A DNA stretch of 61,162 nucleotides, counting the filler, from Sphacelaria rigidula (lineage: Eukaryota): assembly GCA_964200075.2 (NCBI GenBank). It is 7 parts of 7 records of this genome, joined end to end, with 100 filler letters (N's around TTAATTAATTAA, not from the genome) between each part and the next. Parts side by side here need not be neighbours in the genome. Positions count along the whole stretch, not along the records: positions 43,761 to 52,411 come from CAXNAA020010481.1; positions 52,512 to 61,162 come from CAXNAA020010482.1; 5 more parts are not named here. One strand, written 5' to 3'. Position numbers and translations under genes: made by a program. This document shows, one piece after another, positions 50,195 through 61,162 of this stretch. A model generated the notes under the pieces. It searched no databases. It was given only the letters and a program-made list of their open reading frames with translations, and had not been told where the DNA came from. The stretch's first letter is position 1. Each line of letters begins with the position of its first letter.

Positions 50195-52637
50195 TCCTCT
50201 CACGCACTACAGAGGGTTGCATCCCCAAGAGTCAAAGGTTGTAAAATTGGTATGATCATCCAATGTAGGGGCTGGTCGATAGGCATACCGCCGACTTTCA
50301 GGGTCTATTAGTCGGAATACAAAAAGCACGGGGCAAGAAAAGCTCCAGGAGAGCAGCAGTTTTTTTTGGACAGATATTATCTCTTGACATTTCTCCCGTC
50401 CCTTTTGACCCTGTTGCGCTGGAGGTCCCCATTTTTGGTATGGTGACTGCATAATTTTTAATACCTCCGGCGCTAAGGGAGTCGAGATGAGCCCTCACAG
50501 GCTGTCTTTTATAATATTTCGGGGTGCGAGAAATGCGGCGAGACTTCGAAAAAACGCCGCTGCGTAGGTAGATAGATCCGCGGCATATCTGCGCTCAAGT
50601 GGCTCTATCGTTTTTCAAACAAGGCTGAAAATGAAAGCTCTCAAGCTTTTTCAGCTTGAAAATGCAACATGACGAAGCGCAAGAAATTCCGGGACATGCC
50701 GCATGTTTTTTTTTTTTCGTTACACTTCGAACCCCTTCCCTTCCACGGGACGAGTACGTGGTCTCGGGGGATCGTCCTCACAGTTTCCCCTTCACATGGT
50801 TGTAAATGTGCAATCATTAAGGTCGCATACTCGTAAACTTTTTTGCCCGGTGGCTCAGTTGGTAACATTGTAACCTTCTGACGGGTGGAACGTGGGTTGA
50901 TTTAAATCTTGGAGAAGTCAAACGATTTGGGATTTTTTGTCGCATCATGCCCAACTCTGAGGCCCTTGATATCCCCGAGCAGGATGTCGACGTGGAGCTG
51001 TAAGCACATGCCAGTGATGTGGGCAAAGAAAAACACACATCGAATACAAAACTGGCTAAGTTCAAGCAAATGAATGAACAAAGCCACTCTTGATCAGCGC
51101 TCAACGCTCAACCTCACGAAAACGTTGTTATGTGTCCGGCTTTTGACGTGGGGGTGATATTGGCCGTGAATCGTGACGGTTGTCTCAGTTCATCACCCAA
51201 GTTCATCCGGACTCGAACGAGTGACTACAAGCAAAACCAGTCGGGCCGCATTTTTTTCGCTGCGTTGCCAATCTTCTCGTTCCCGTGAGACAGACAACAA
51301 TACCACCCCGCGGCAGGTGACCTGTGTCTGTAACGACTCACATCAATCGGGAGATGTAGATGCAAAAGTAGTTTAGCCCTCATGACCTGTAACCATCCAA
51401 CCGATTTTGGTGACGATATTGTGGAATGTTGCGCCGTGTCAACGGTGTACAAAGACGGTTACATGAGAAGGTGCACAACGACGGTTACGGACGGGAAAAG
51501 GCAAAAGGCGGTATATCATGAGATTTCATTATTCCAAAAGTTCCACCATTGCTTTATGTTTAATGTGTGGTCTGGCGGTGTTCGAAAGCACGACACGAGC
51601 GCCACAACTTTCTGGTAAGAAAAGTAGTCGTGACTGGAAATGGCCTCCTGTCAATCTACTCGTCATGATCCGGAAACCCTGTTCATTACTCGAGGTAGCA
51701 TGTGTGATGCACCCATGAGGGGTTGCAAATGAACAATGTCGCGTGGTGCTGACTACAGCACGGCCGTAAATGTGACATGTCGATTTTTTGTTTTCGTTTT
51801 TGTCACCATACTTCGAACCGTGTATCCAAATGAGGCTGTGATGGCGACACAGGAGGGAAGGCCGTAACCGTCCATACATCCATCAACCGCGTCCCGAGAA
51901 TCGATCTTCAACTGTTTTAGCTCCCGCGGCTGGTTGCGACCACCCGACAGCCCCCTGTTGCACTCTGGTGCACTCTCGCTCGTCTTGGCGGAATGCTCCT
52001 AGCCAACAGGATAGCTGCGCCCCGTACGCCTTCGTCTCCCGCTATATCAGTATTGCTGATGATACCCGCAACAGCAGGGATGCCTGCGCGATTGCAGAGT
52101 AGTGCGGATACTAGTCGGAGAGAGCACGGGCTATGTCCTGGGCAATAGCCTAGCAGTCCCACACCCGCTTTTTTACACGGAGGCGTTATCTCTTATGCCA
52201 ACAACAATCCAAAACCCCCGGTAAAGGGTGGATAAAAGTGACCCGCTGGCGCAAGGGCACTTTGGGGGTTATTAACCTGCCTCATGGATGCTGTTTTGGG
52301 TTGTGTCGGCGTCTGGGGTATGCGACCTCTGTAGGGTACACTGAGGGTGTGCTGTGTGTGTGTGTGTCGTCGTCCCATTTATTCTGGGCGCCAGTCTACC
52401 CCTTTCGAGATNNNNNNNNNNNNNNNNNNNNNNNNNNNNNNNNNNNNNNNNNNNNTTAATTAATTAANNNNNNNNNNNNNNNNNNNNNNNNNNNNNNNNN
52501 NNNNNNNNNNNAGATTTTTACAACCCTTTTTTTCTTTCTTTTTTTTTTTTTCGCCCCCCTTTTTTCCTTTTTTTTTTTTTTTCCCCCCCCCCCCCCCCCC
52601 CATTTTCCCCCTTCCTCCTTCCTTCAACCACCAATAG

Positions 52638-52872
52638 TGGAGGGACGCGAGATATCGTGGAGTATTTACCTGTTCGCCGTCCTGGCCATCATCCTTATCT
52701 TCATTGGATCTGCCGGACTCAGGGTGGAGTACTGGGCCGTTGCGAAGGCCTTCGTGTTTTGCCTCAGCAGCTGCACCGCTTTGGTCATGGTCCTGGTTCC
52801 AAAGCTATGGGGGGCTCACAAAAACGTCGATGTTAACGTGCACCAGCTCACGGCAGAGGCTACGGCCATGCG
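52638..52872 (+). CDS. Class C (7tm_3, GABA-B-like) GPCR, exon encoding TM6-TM7
   Basis: EGREISWSIYLFAVLAIILIFIG resembles class C (N)E-S/A-K-x-I-x-x-S-I-Y; TM7 ends LVMVLVPKL (class C xPKx motif); TAG acceptor, CG|GTGAGT donor. Confidence 0.75.
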
Positions 52873-53619
52873 GTGAGTAATTTTTCAATGTCCCGTTCAT
52901 TTTTTGTTGTCGGAAGTTGCGAGAGAGCGTGCACACACACACACATTGCTGCTTTAGTTTGTGTTGGCTAGTTTTATGTACAGCGGTTGCGTTACTTTTT
53001 TTTTTTACAGCACCCTCCAAGCCCTCTCTATTCGACCTTTGTACACGACAGTTATGGGTAGGAATGGGGGCCCTAACGACCAAAAATCGGCACAAGATTC
53101 GAAATAAGAAATAACGCGGAGGAATAATGAACATGTCAGTAGGTGGTCGGACCTGTGCCGAGGCCCTCACATACAGAACACATACTTCATCACTCATTCA
53201 GCTGGTGTAGTATGGGAAAGCTGTAGCGCTGGAGATTGCGCGGTTCTCGACACAGGAAGCCAAGCCGGTCCACGGCACTTGACAGCCCCCCGCATACACA
53301 CAAGATCTAGGGGTTCACAACTGGTATTTTGCTGGCGTCGCGTCAGCGGCACGAAAATCCCCTCCCAGAGCAGAAAACACCTTATTTTAGTATATTTAGG
53401 TCATTTGCGAGTCAGCATCACGCGCAAAGGCAACAACTAAATGTTGCGACATAGCTTGGGTGTGTGGGAAGCGCATGCAAGAAACCGCAGTCCAATCCCT
53501 CGCTTCGTTGCCGAGTTGTGAGCGGTGCGCGATCGGCACTTTTGGGTTGAGGATCAGTAGTGTCTTTCGAGGTCGAAGATGGCAAATTCAAAGTAATCGG
53601 TGCGCATACTACTTTTCCT

Positions 53620-54160
53620 CCTGCAAGCAAGTTGTGACAACATGCACTTGGGTTGCGTGCGCCCAGGCGCTGCTTTGTTCTGAGCGGCTGTGCACAACGG
53701 GCAAATTCGCCTTTCAACGGCGAGTATCCTTTGAAGCGTCGAATTACAGAAGGAGAGTTGACAGAAGAAGGACAAAGCTGGCGGCTGCTTCATGTCAGGG
53801 CTCCAGTGCAGAAGCCAAGGCGTCGAGAGTGTTTTTAGTACGAGTATCTGCCGTTAAATCTGCTGGTGAACGCGGTCATGTATTTAGTAACCGTCTTTAT
53901 ATTTATATACTATGATATTAATAGTATCAGAATGAGATGCAAACTATGCAATGTTTGAGAAGCTTCGTTTTTCACTTTGTGGCATGCCACCAGGTGCTGC
54001 TGCTTTGTTCTGTACGGCTGTGCACGAAGGGCAACTTTGCCTTTCAACAGCGAGTACCCTTCATGTATTGAGTTGCAGAGAGTGAGGTCACACATGAACT
54101 TCGGCTGTTGTGTCTGACGGTTCAGCGGAGAAGCCAAGACGCAAAGAGTGATTTTGATTT
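53620..54160. repeat. Diverged local duplication (~53660-53835 vs ~53988-54155)
   Basis: Shared GCTGCTTTGTTCTG..CGGCTGTGCAC...GGGCAA.TT.GCCTTTCAAC.GCGAGTA. Confidence 0.75.
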
Positions 54161-55620
54161 CAGACTGCGCACCATGTATGCCTAGGTCGGTAGGGCCACG
54201 ATTTTTCAAGTGACTGCCTGTACACATATTCGTACATACTGAAAATAGCGAGAAAATGACGTTGAAGATGTTGATCTGGACAGAGAGAACCAGACCGTGC
54301 CCAAGCGACTGACAAGATGGGATTCCTTCTACTCATGCCTTGACCCTGACCCCATGGGGCCCATGAGGAATTCACTCTCCAATCCCGCAGTCATTGCTGT
54401 GTGTAGGACATGCAGCGCGTAGCCAATCCGCACAGCATGAACCTCTTGATCGCCAACATCATCAGAATCGTTCTCAGTAGCTTCCTGATGCGCGACGCTG
54501 CTGCTCATGATCTCCAAATGTCCGTACTTTCTCGTTCTAGCACCATGTCAGGCACGCGTTTCACTGTAGTTACGTTGGTGTGTAGCGGCCACAACAGCTG
54601 CTGTTCGTGCTCTTTTTTTGTTATCTCGCAATGACGGTAAACGTGGGGTGGCAGCTCGCGGGCGTGTGCTGCCCGACCGGTACAGACATGGGAAGGACAC
54701 TATAAGCTAGTGCAACAAGATTGTCCATCAACTGATGTAGAGCGAGCTTTCCGGAGGAACAAAATTACCTCAACACCGACCACTCCCAGGCTTGAATAAA
54801 TGTACTAAAAATATACTTCATTTTTTGGGGGCATCTCGTCATTTGTAGGTGACGCGTGTATTTTCCACTGATATGATTCGTTGGATTACGGACCACTTCT
54901 GACGCATGTAGCGTTCAGCTTGCACTTTCCATGAATATAGTGCCCAAAATCGGGCTTCATTCCTACCCATAACAGTATGCAGTGCGGTAAAGCGTTTTTA
55001 TGCGGATTTTTTTTTTTTTTTCCTCCATGTGTTGGAAATCAACGTAAACCTCCTCTTTGGTTTATTTTCATGTTGTGTAGGGCCATGGGTTGTTCATTCT
55101 TCTTCGCTATTTTGTTGCCCTGTGGGCTACATGCGGTCATACCTCCTTCTATGTCTCTCTGTGTCTGTGTCTGTCTCGCTACTTCCGAAGTAGTCGAGCC
55201 TGGCTGTAGTGTACCCTAATTGTTGTAGCAGGTACCTTCTCGAGGCTCTGCAACGGATAGCTTCTGCCCTCGGTACACTCGTCACCAAAGTATCCAAGCG
55301 CTACATGTGGTGCACATCTTCTAAAGACTTGAGGGCTTGTCTCTTGGCTTTCACGCCATGTTCGTCTCGGGGCCACAAGCGCTCCTTTTCAAGTACGTGT
55401 TCGCTGTCAACAGCCAGATGCATGCACATACACATACTCAATTCATCATGATCTTCCGTGCGCTCTCCCCTCTTTTGCCTTCCCTTCCCTTCCCTTGCCG
55501 AACTTTTTTCGTATATACGTTCGCTTCCTTGAATGTTCTCTGTTGAATGCGTTTTTGTTACCCCCCTTGTCCTCAAAACTCCTCACCTGACCCAACAACA
55601 CACAAACGCAATTGGAGCAG

Positions 55621-57652
55621 AGGAGTAAACTCCATCTCACTCGGCCACACGCACGAGATGACGCACGACTCTACCCACCCGGACGCTCCGTTCCTGGTCC
55701 AATGCACCGAGTGCAGCGCCACCTTCGACGTCACAAGCCACATCGTCAAGAGCGCCCACGGCCACCCGCCGCCACCAATGCTGGCCCCACGAGCGGGGAC
55801 CGGTGGAACGCGCCCCGGGATCGCCGACGGCTGGCTTGGTGGCGACACTGCCGGTCGGGGCGGCGTCGGCCACACCGCCGCGAGAAACTGGGGTGGAACG
55901 AGTAACGTCGCCGTCGCGTCCAAGAGCTCGCCCGTTTCCGACGCTTCCCGCTTTTTCCCGTCCATGGGGATGAATAAGCGAAGCGCCGTGGCTGCATTCG
56001 ACGGCACCGGGAGCGGTAAGGTTACCCAGCAAACCACCAGCGCTAAGTTGTTTGCGCCTCCCTCGAACAGCAGCTCTAGCGTGTTGAAGGATACGGAGGT
56101 CGGGCTGGCCCTGAAGCTGACAAAGGTGGAGGGCGGGCTCCGCCGGTCCCCCACTTCGAGTGCCGGAGGGCTTGCACCGGTAACAAGCACTTCCGTGTTG
56201 AGTTCGTCCGCGGGGCGCCAGGGGGCAGGAAGCAGCGCGCTCGGCCCCATGCCGGTGGCAGGGGGTGGGCCTTCCACCAGCCGCAAAAAGCCCGGCTGGC
56301 GGAGCATGTGGAAGCGGCAGCCGAAGGACGACGCTGTCTTTTCGTCTTCGCCGCACAGCGAGCTGGACGCCGCGAGCTTCAGTCGATCGTTGCAGGCGCA
56401 GGCGGCGGCCATGCGCGCGGCGCTCTGGAGTTCCAACAGGGATTCCCAGAATTCGGAAGCGGAATTGCACGCGAAGAGAATGCCGGGGATGGGGATAGGC
56501 AGCTTCGGCCGAAAAGCCGCCTCTGTCACCCCGGGAAGGGCGAGAGGGAGGACGTCGGCGTCCCCGGGATCTATGCGGACCGCGCTTGACGCTGGACGCC
56601 TCGCCGCTAAGGCCGCCCCTGATACATCAGAGGTTCCGACGGCGGCCGTGAGGGTAGCCACTACGGCCCTGCCCAACGGAACCTTGGCGGTGCAAGCTAA
56701 TCCCCTGCACCTGGAAGTCGTGAGCGAACGATCGTCCGCATCCGGAGCGGCCGTCGCTGGTCGCCCCGGCCACCGCGTTCCTGCGTTGCAGCTGGATTGC
56801 GGCCCCGACGATCACAACCCGCTAGTGACGCCGCCGCCGGGGCGGTATCTTCTGCAGCCGTGGGTTGGCGGCACGCGGCCGGGACGAGGGTCGCAGATAG
56901 GCGAGGGCCAGGCTGCTGGGGTGTTCAACCTCCGGTCCGCGCGAATCGAAAGCCATGCCACCACCACGGCGTTGTCTCCAGGGATGTTCTCCGGTCCTTC
57001 CTGCTCGCCAGCTGTCACGGGTGACACTTTCACAAGCTACAATGCCAGCAACTTAGATAGGATGACCGAAATATCGGACATATCGCCCGCTTCGATGACG
57101 TCATTGACGGACGATTTCAGCCGCCGTATGGGCAGCAGTCGCACGGGCAGCAGTCGCGGGAGAAACAGCCGTCGGGGGCACTGGGGGGAGGAATCTAAGA
57201 TGCCGGATGTGCTAACTCCGATCGCCCCGCGCGCAGGGCATGCGATTAGCGATCACGATCAGAACGGGTCAGCGCTACGGCGAGGGTCATCTGCTCTTTG
57301 GGGCACCATCGACAAGTGTGACTCACAGTTGCCATCGCCCACGCTGACAGACCTCAGCTCATGCTCTTCGATAGGGATGGGCGCCGCCAAGACGCGTAAG
57401 CTGGTGGCAAGCCCCATGAGCATGCGGCGTGCAGCTTTGCTGGCACGGGGAGTTGCGGCGCTGGAAAACAACGCGTATTCGCCAGCTGGAATTGCGGCGA
57501 GGGCTGCGCATAGGTGGAAGGAGGTGGTGGGTGGGCCAGGGGGCGCGGCGGGGCCGGATGGTGAGGAGGCGCCGCCTGCGGACACGTTGGAAAATGACAC
57601 ACGGGCTGTTCAGGGGCAATGGGAACGAGAAACGTCCGGTCACATGTTCTGA
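55621..57652 (+). CDS. Terminal exon; likely ~676-aa S/A/G/P-rich cytoplasmic tail of the class C GPCR
   Basis: 701-codon GC-rich open frame ending TGA at 57652; GAGCAG acceptor at 55620 with CCTGAC branch-like site; phase 2 (CG+A = Arg) joins the 52872 donor in frame. Confidence 0.75.
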
Positions 57653-60539
57653 TGTCAGTAGGTCGCGTACAGTAGATAGGATGACGGAGAAGTAGCCTTA
57701 TTCTGTAGGGGGGGAGGGATGTGCTTATCAGCGGTTGTCGTCATGGATGGTTACTGGTTGATGGGGTGGCGTTGGGGTACGATTATTATTACGGCTTATT
57801 TGCGCGTTGGTTTTTCGTTCGCTTTTCCTGTCTTGCGTGCATTTGTGAGTGTGTCTTGTGTCTTGTGTTTTGTTTGAACACGTGCGACGATGTGTGGTTT
57901 CACGTTTGGATGTGCATTTTGCGTGAGACCCATTTCCAGTTTTTTTGCGCTGTACATGTCATGCGCGCATACTTTTCGCTCGTGTTCCTTTTTTTCGCCA
58001 CACAGTACATATATCAATGTAGTTGTTTTCGGTCCCTGTGTAGGTCGCCGTGGTATGCTCCTTGAAATATACCTATATATGGCAGCTACAGCTAATTAAA
58101 TATCAGCTCAAAAAGTCCAAGTGTACGCATGCTTGGCAATGAGCGGACTGACCCCGAGTAGTTTGATGGCTTCATTGAGGCTGGAGCCCAGGTGCAGAGA
58201 AAGCGTCCGTCTTTCAATCAAAATCAAGTTGATGATCACTATCCGTTGAGATTTTTAGAGAAGCTTCGCGGCGCTGTCCCCCCCCCCCCCCCCCCCCCCC
58301 CTCCCTTTATCCCCTTTCCCCTTTTTTTATTACTCATTCTACTTTTTTTTGGTTTTTGTGNNNNNNNNNNAAATCAATTTTGGTACAACTTCCCTTTGGG
58401 TTTTTTTGGGAATGTTGGGGGGGCGGCCCCCCCCCCCCCCCCCCCTTCTTTGTATAATATAACCCGAATTCTTGAATCACTAAACGTGTGCTTTGTGGCG
58501 CTTTCTGAAGTGCGTGCTCCGCGAGAGGCATTTTGGTCAAGGAGGTGACGAGGGGAAAACTGATCGTTACCTCGTTTGAGGAGTGTGCAGAGTCTGTATA
58601 TTGTGACCCATCTCTCTCTCTTTGCAACTGTAGAATAGATACTCCGAAACAAATGCTCCATAACATTTTTGGCGCTTACTGTGTGCCACTTGAATGTCGT
58701 GTTGGTTGAATTGTGCGTGTGTGTGGGGGGGTGTCCCTCTCATGGTATGGCGAAGTGTTGTCATGTGTTGACGGGTAAATGGGGTTGATTGGCGAAGTGG
58801 GAGAGACCCGGCACGCTGGGATGACATGACCACGACAAGCTGCGTGTTTGAAACGGCTTGGCCTCGTTTCTTTTTTTTTATTGTTGGACGAATCAATATG
58901 CCACAGAGTAGTCTGTTTCGATGAACTGGTGGGCGTAATGGCAGGACGGCGTTCATATATTGGTGTATTATATATATCGCCTGGTTTGTTTGGATTTTTT
59001 TTTTCCCTAGGGAAAATTCACTTGATGGATTGGGATTTGTGTAAGCGATGATTATGTGGGTTTAATTGCCATCTAGACTTGGATATATTTTGTCATGGCA
59101 GTTCGCGTGTGGCTTCCAGGACGTGTCGAGAACGGCGACTGGGGTAGAAACGTCGCCTGTTGTACCCGCCCGGATTCGGCGAGGTGATTCGTCTCGGCAT
59201 ATGTCAGGGTTCACTGGTTTTGCGTGAGGTGGATATATACATATATATATATATATATGGTGAGTATTCTCCGGTATGGCGAGTTTTTAAATGAGAAGGG
59301 AGCTATGGCGGCGGATATTTTCTCATGATATTTTTGGTGCATTGGTACTCGCTCGCGTGGTGACGTGACGTCCATGTGCTACTGTTGCTCGTGTTTCCTT
59401 CTTTGTTTTTTGTTTACGTTGTTGTTTGTTGATTTCGTTCTTCGATTTCATAACTAGTTGTCGAATGAGGCGGTGGTGGAGCAGGGAAGCGCTTGTTAAC
59501 CCAACAAAATGCTTTTTGTGTCGTTTACCCGTCCCTCTGCCCCATGTATGATTTGTCTTGAATGCGTGAACGGCGGGCAATGTAACAGTAGACCGTCCGC
59601 GCGTGCCTTTGTTGTTGCACACTGAATGGTTCGATTTCGTGAAGTGGTTAAAAGCACTTCAGCAAAGCCCGCACAGAAGGCGGACCATACCACATACATT
59701 GGATATTGTTGTTCCTGTAGATGGATTGATTGAAGAAGAAATGGAGTGTGTGTGTGTGTGTGTGTGTGATTGTGTGTGTGTGTGTGTGAAAAGTACTAGC
59801 TTTGTTATCGTGCTGGCCGGCCGCTGGCGTTTTGTTGTGTGTGTATGTGCCATTTGTTGTTGCTGTTGCTATGGTCGTCGAGGTGAAATCTTCTTGAAGT
59901 TCATGTCGTTTGGTGTCGGCAAAAGTGTCGGCTTGGATTTATTGGGGACTGCAATGAGAACGCGTCGGCATAGGGTTGACCTATTCACAGTTTAGTCAGT
60001 AGCGTCACATATTTCCATTTGTCCCATCCGTCACGGAAGTCATTATTCTGCGCTTCCGTCATCGGCCGTCGAATATTAAGAGGTACGACGTCATGTAGTG
60101 TATAATCCCTGGGAGTGTAGGGAGGGGGGTGGGATGCATGTTGACCTGTCATGTTTTCATAATTTTGTTTTTAATAACAATAATATAATGTGTTTTGTGT
60201 TCACGTATTGCAGTGGTGTTTTTGTTGTTGTTCCTGCTGCCGCTGCTGCGGTTGCTGCACGTTGCCGGTAACAATTGCAACTGTTCGTGTGCACACTGTT
60301 GAAACTGTCCGCTTCAGAGGTGTGCGACAGACGAGTAATGCGGCGATAGCCGCCCCCCGCCTCCCCTACAAACAAGCCCCAAAACAGTCGACGAGGAAAA
60401 TGGCTATATTGCGCATGACAGCTGGTGTCAGACTGCATGAAGTTCCTCACATGGGCGAAACCGGCGGACACGATCCCCGACATGGATGCTCCCAGCTGCT
60501 CGGTTTGCTCGGCCTTTGTCAGTTTGATTTCCGTTTCAC

Positions 60540-60790
60540 TTTGGTGGCGGGGAAATGTTCCCGTGCCGCTCCGTCGTTTTTCGACGGCGGGAAAAATAGT
60601 CCCGCCCCGTTCCGACGCAAAAAGGGGAAAAGTTCCACCCTGTACCTCCGGTTGTTTTTTTGGCGACGGGAACACGTTCCCGTCCCGTCCTTGCGGTAAA
60701 ATCCCCACTTTTTCACGGTAATTTTACCGGACTTGCCGACGTACCTCTCTGCCCCCCCCGTCGACTAAGCCCCCGTCAACGGAACAGTAT
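60540..60790. repeat. CCCGTCCCGT-rich repeat or MITE remnant
   Basis: Recurrent TTCCCGT(C/G)CCG and ACGG(C)GGGAA motifs in both orientations. Confidence 0.5.
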
Positions 60791-61108
60791 TTCGAGTTCA
60801 ATCTGATGGGTACTTGCGTATATTCCGCACTATCAAGCAAGAAAATGGGTCAGGGTATCCCCGTTTGCGAAGTCATTCGGGATATCCCTAGCACATTGTA
60901 ATAGTAATCATGGCGCACTCTCACATATTTCATAAGTCGTATTTGGACGAGATAAAGGACTCCTACAGGCTGGTTCACGATGATCACCCAAAATTTTGTC
61001 ATCAGCAAAAAATGCCTTCCGCAATACGCACCCAATAGTCGCATATATGGTATCATACTGACCGCAATGAAGAGACGAAGAGGGCGACATAGCCGAATTT
61101 TTGTTTAA

Positions 61109-61162
61109 CCCTTAGACCGCGAGGTTAGTCTTCTGTTGAATTGGTATCAATTTCAAGTGAAA
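61109..61162. mobile_element. piggyBac-like MITE, left half (truncated by contig end)
   Basis: TTAA followed by CCCTTAGACCGCGAGG...GTTGAATTGGTATCAATTTCAAGTG. Confidence 0.7.

Noticed and set aside
55573-56676. 367-aa and 277-aa minus-strand ORFs
   Set aside because: Antisense shadows of the GC-rich plus-strand exon.
1639-57652. Signalling gene cluster (phosphatase, Rab, GPCR)
   Set aside because: The genes lie on separate, artificially concatenated contigs.

Overview
Eukaryotic, intron-rich and repeat-rich DNA, most consistent with a brown alga (Phaeophyceae). The taxon is inferred from the long introns, exon style, TTAGGG repeats and repeat landscape, not verified. The window is not one locus. 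It is seven ~8.65-kb contigs (1-8653, 8754-17406, 17507-26158, 26259-34909, 35010-43660, 43761-52411, 52512-61162) joined by identical 100-bp N44-TTAATTAATTAA-N44 spacers, so adjacency across a spacer carries no biological meaning. Partial spliced genes I can reconstruct: a dual-specificity phosphatase (4 exons, intact HCxxGxSRS motif), an ABCF ATPase (2 exons), an ARM/HEAT-repeat protein, a divergent Rab11-like GTPase (exon 1), a class C (GABA-B-like) GPCR with a ~700-aa low-complexity tail, and two unknown proteins. The rest is introns and intergenic DNA filled with MITEs, foldback elements and microsatellites. The most interesting signal is at 35.8-37.3 kb: what look like two decayed, head-to-tail Fanzor2/IS607-TnpB-type RNA-guided nuclease relics. 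They show RuvC-I IDPG, a proline at the canonical RuvC-II position, and RuvC-III DRD, scattered over several frames and so not seen as one ORF. Also notable is a TA-flanked Tc1/pogo-like element carrying a PHD-like Cys/His finger.
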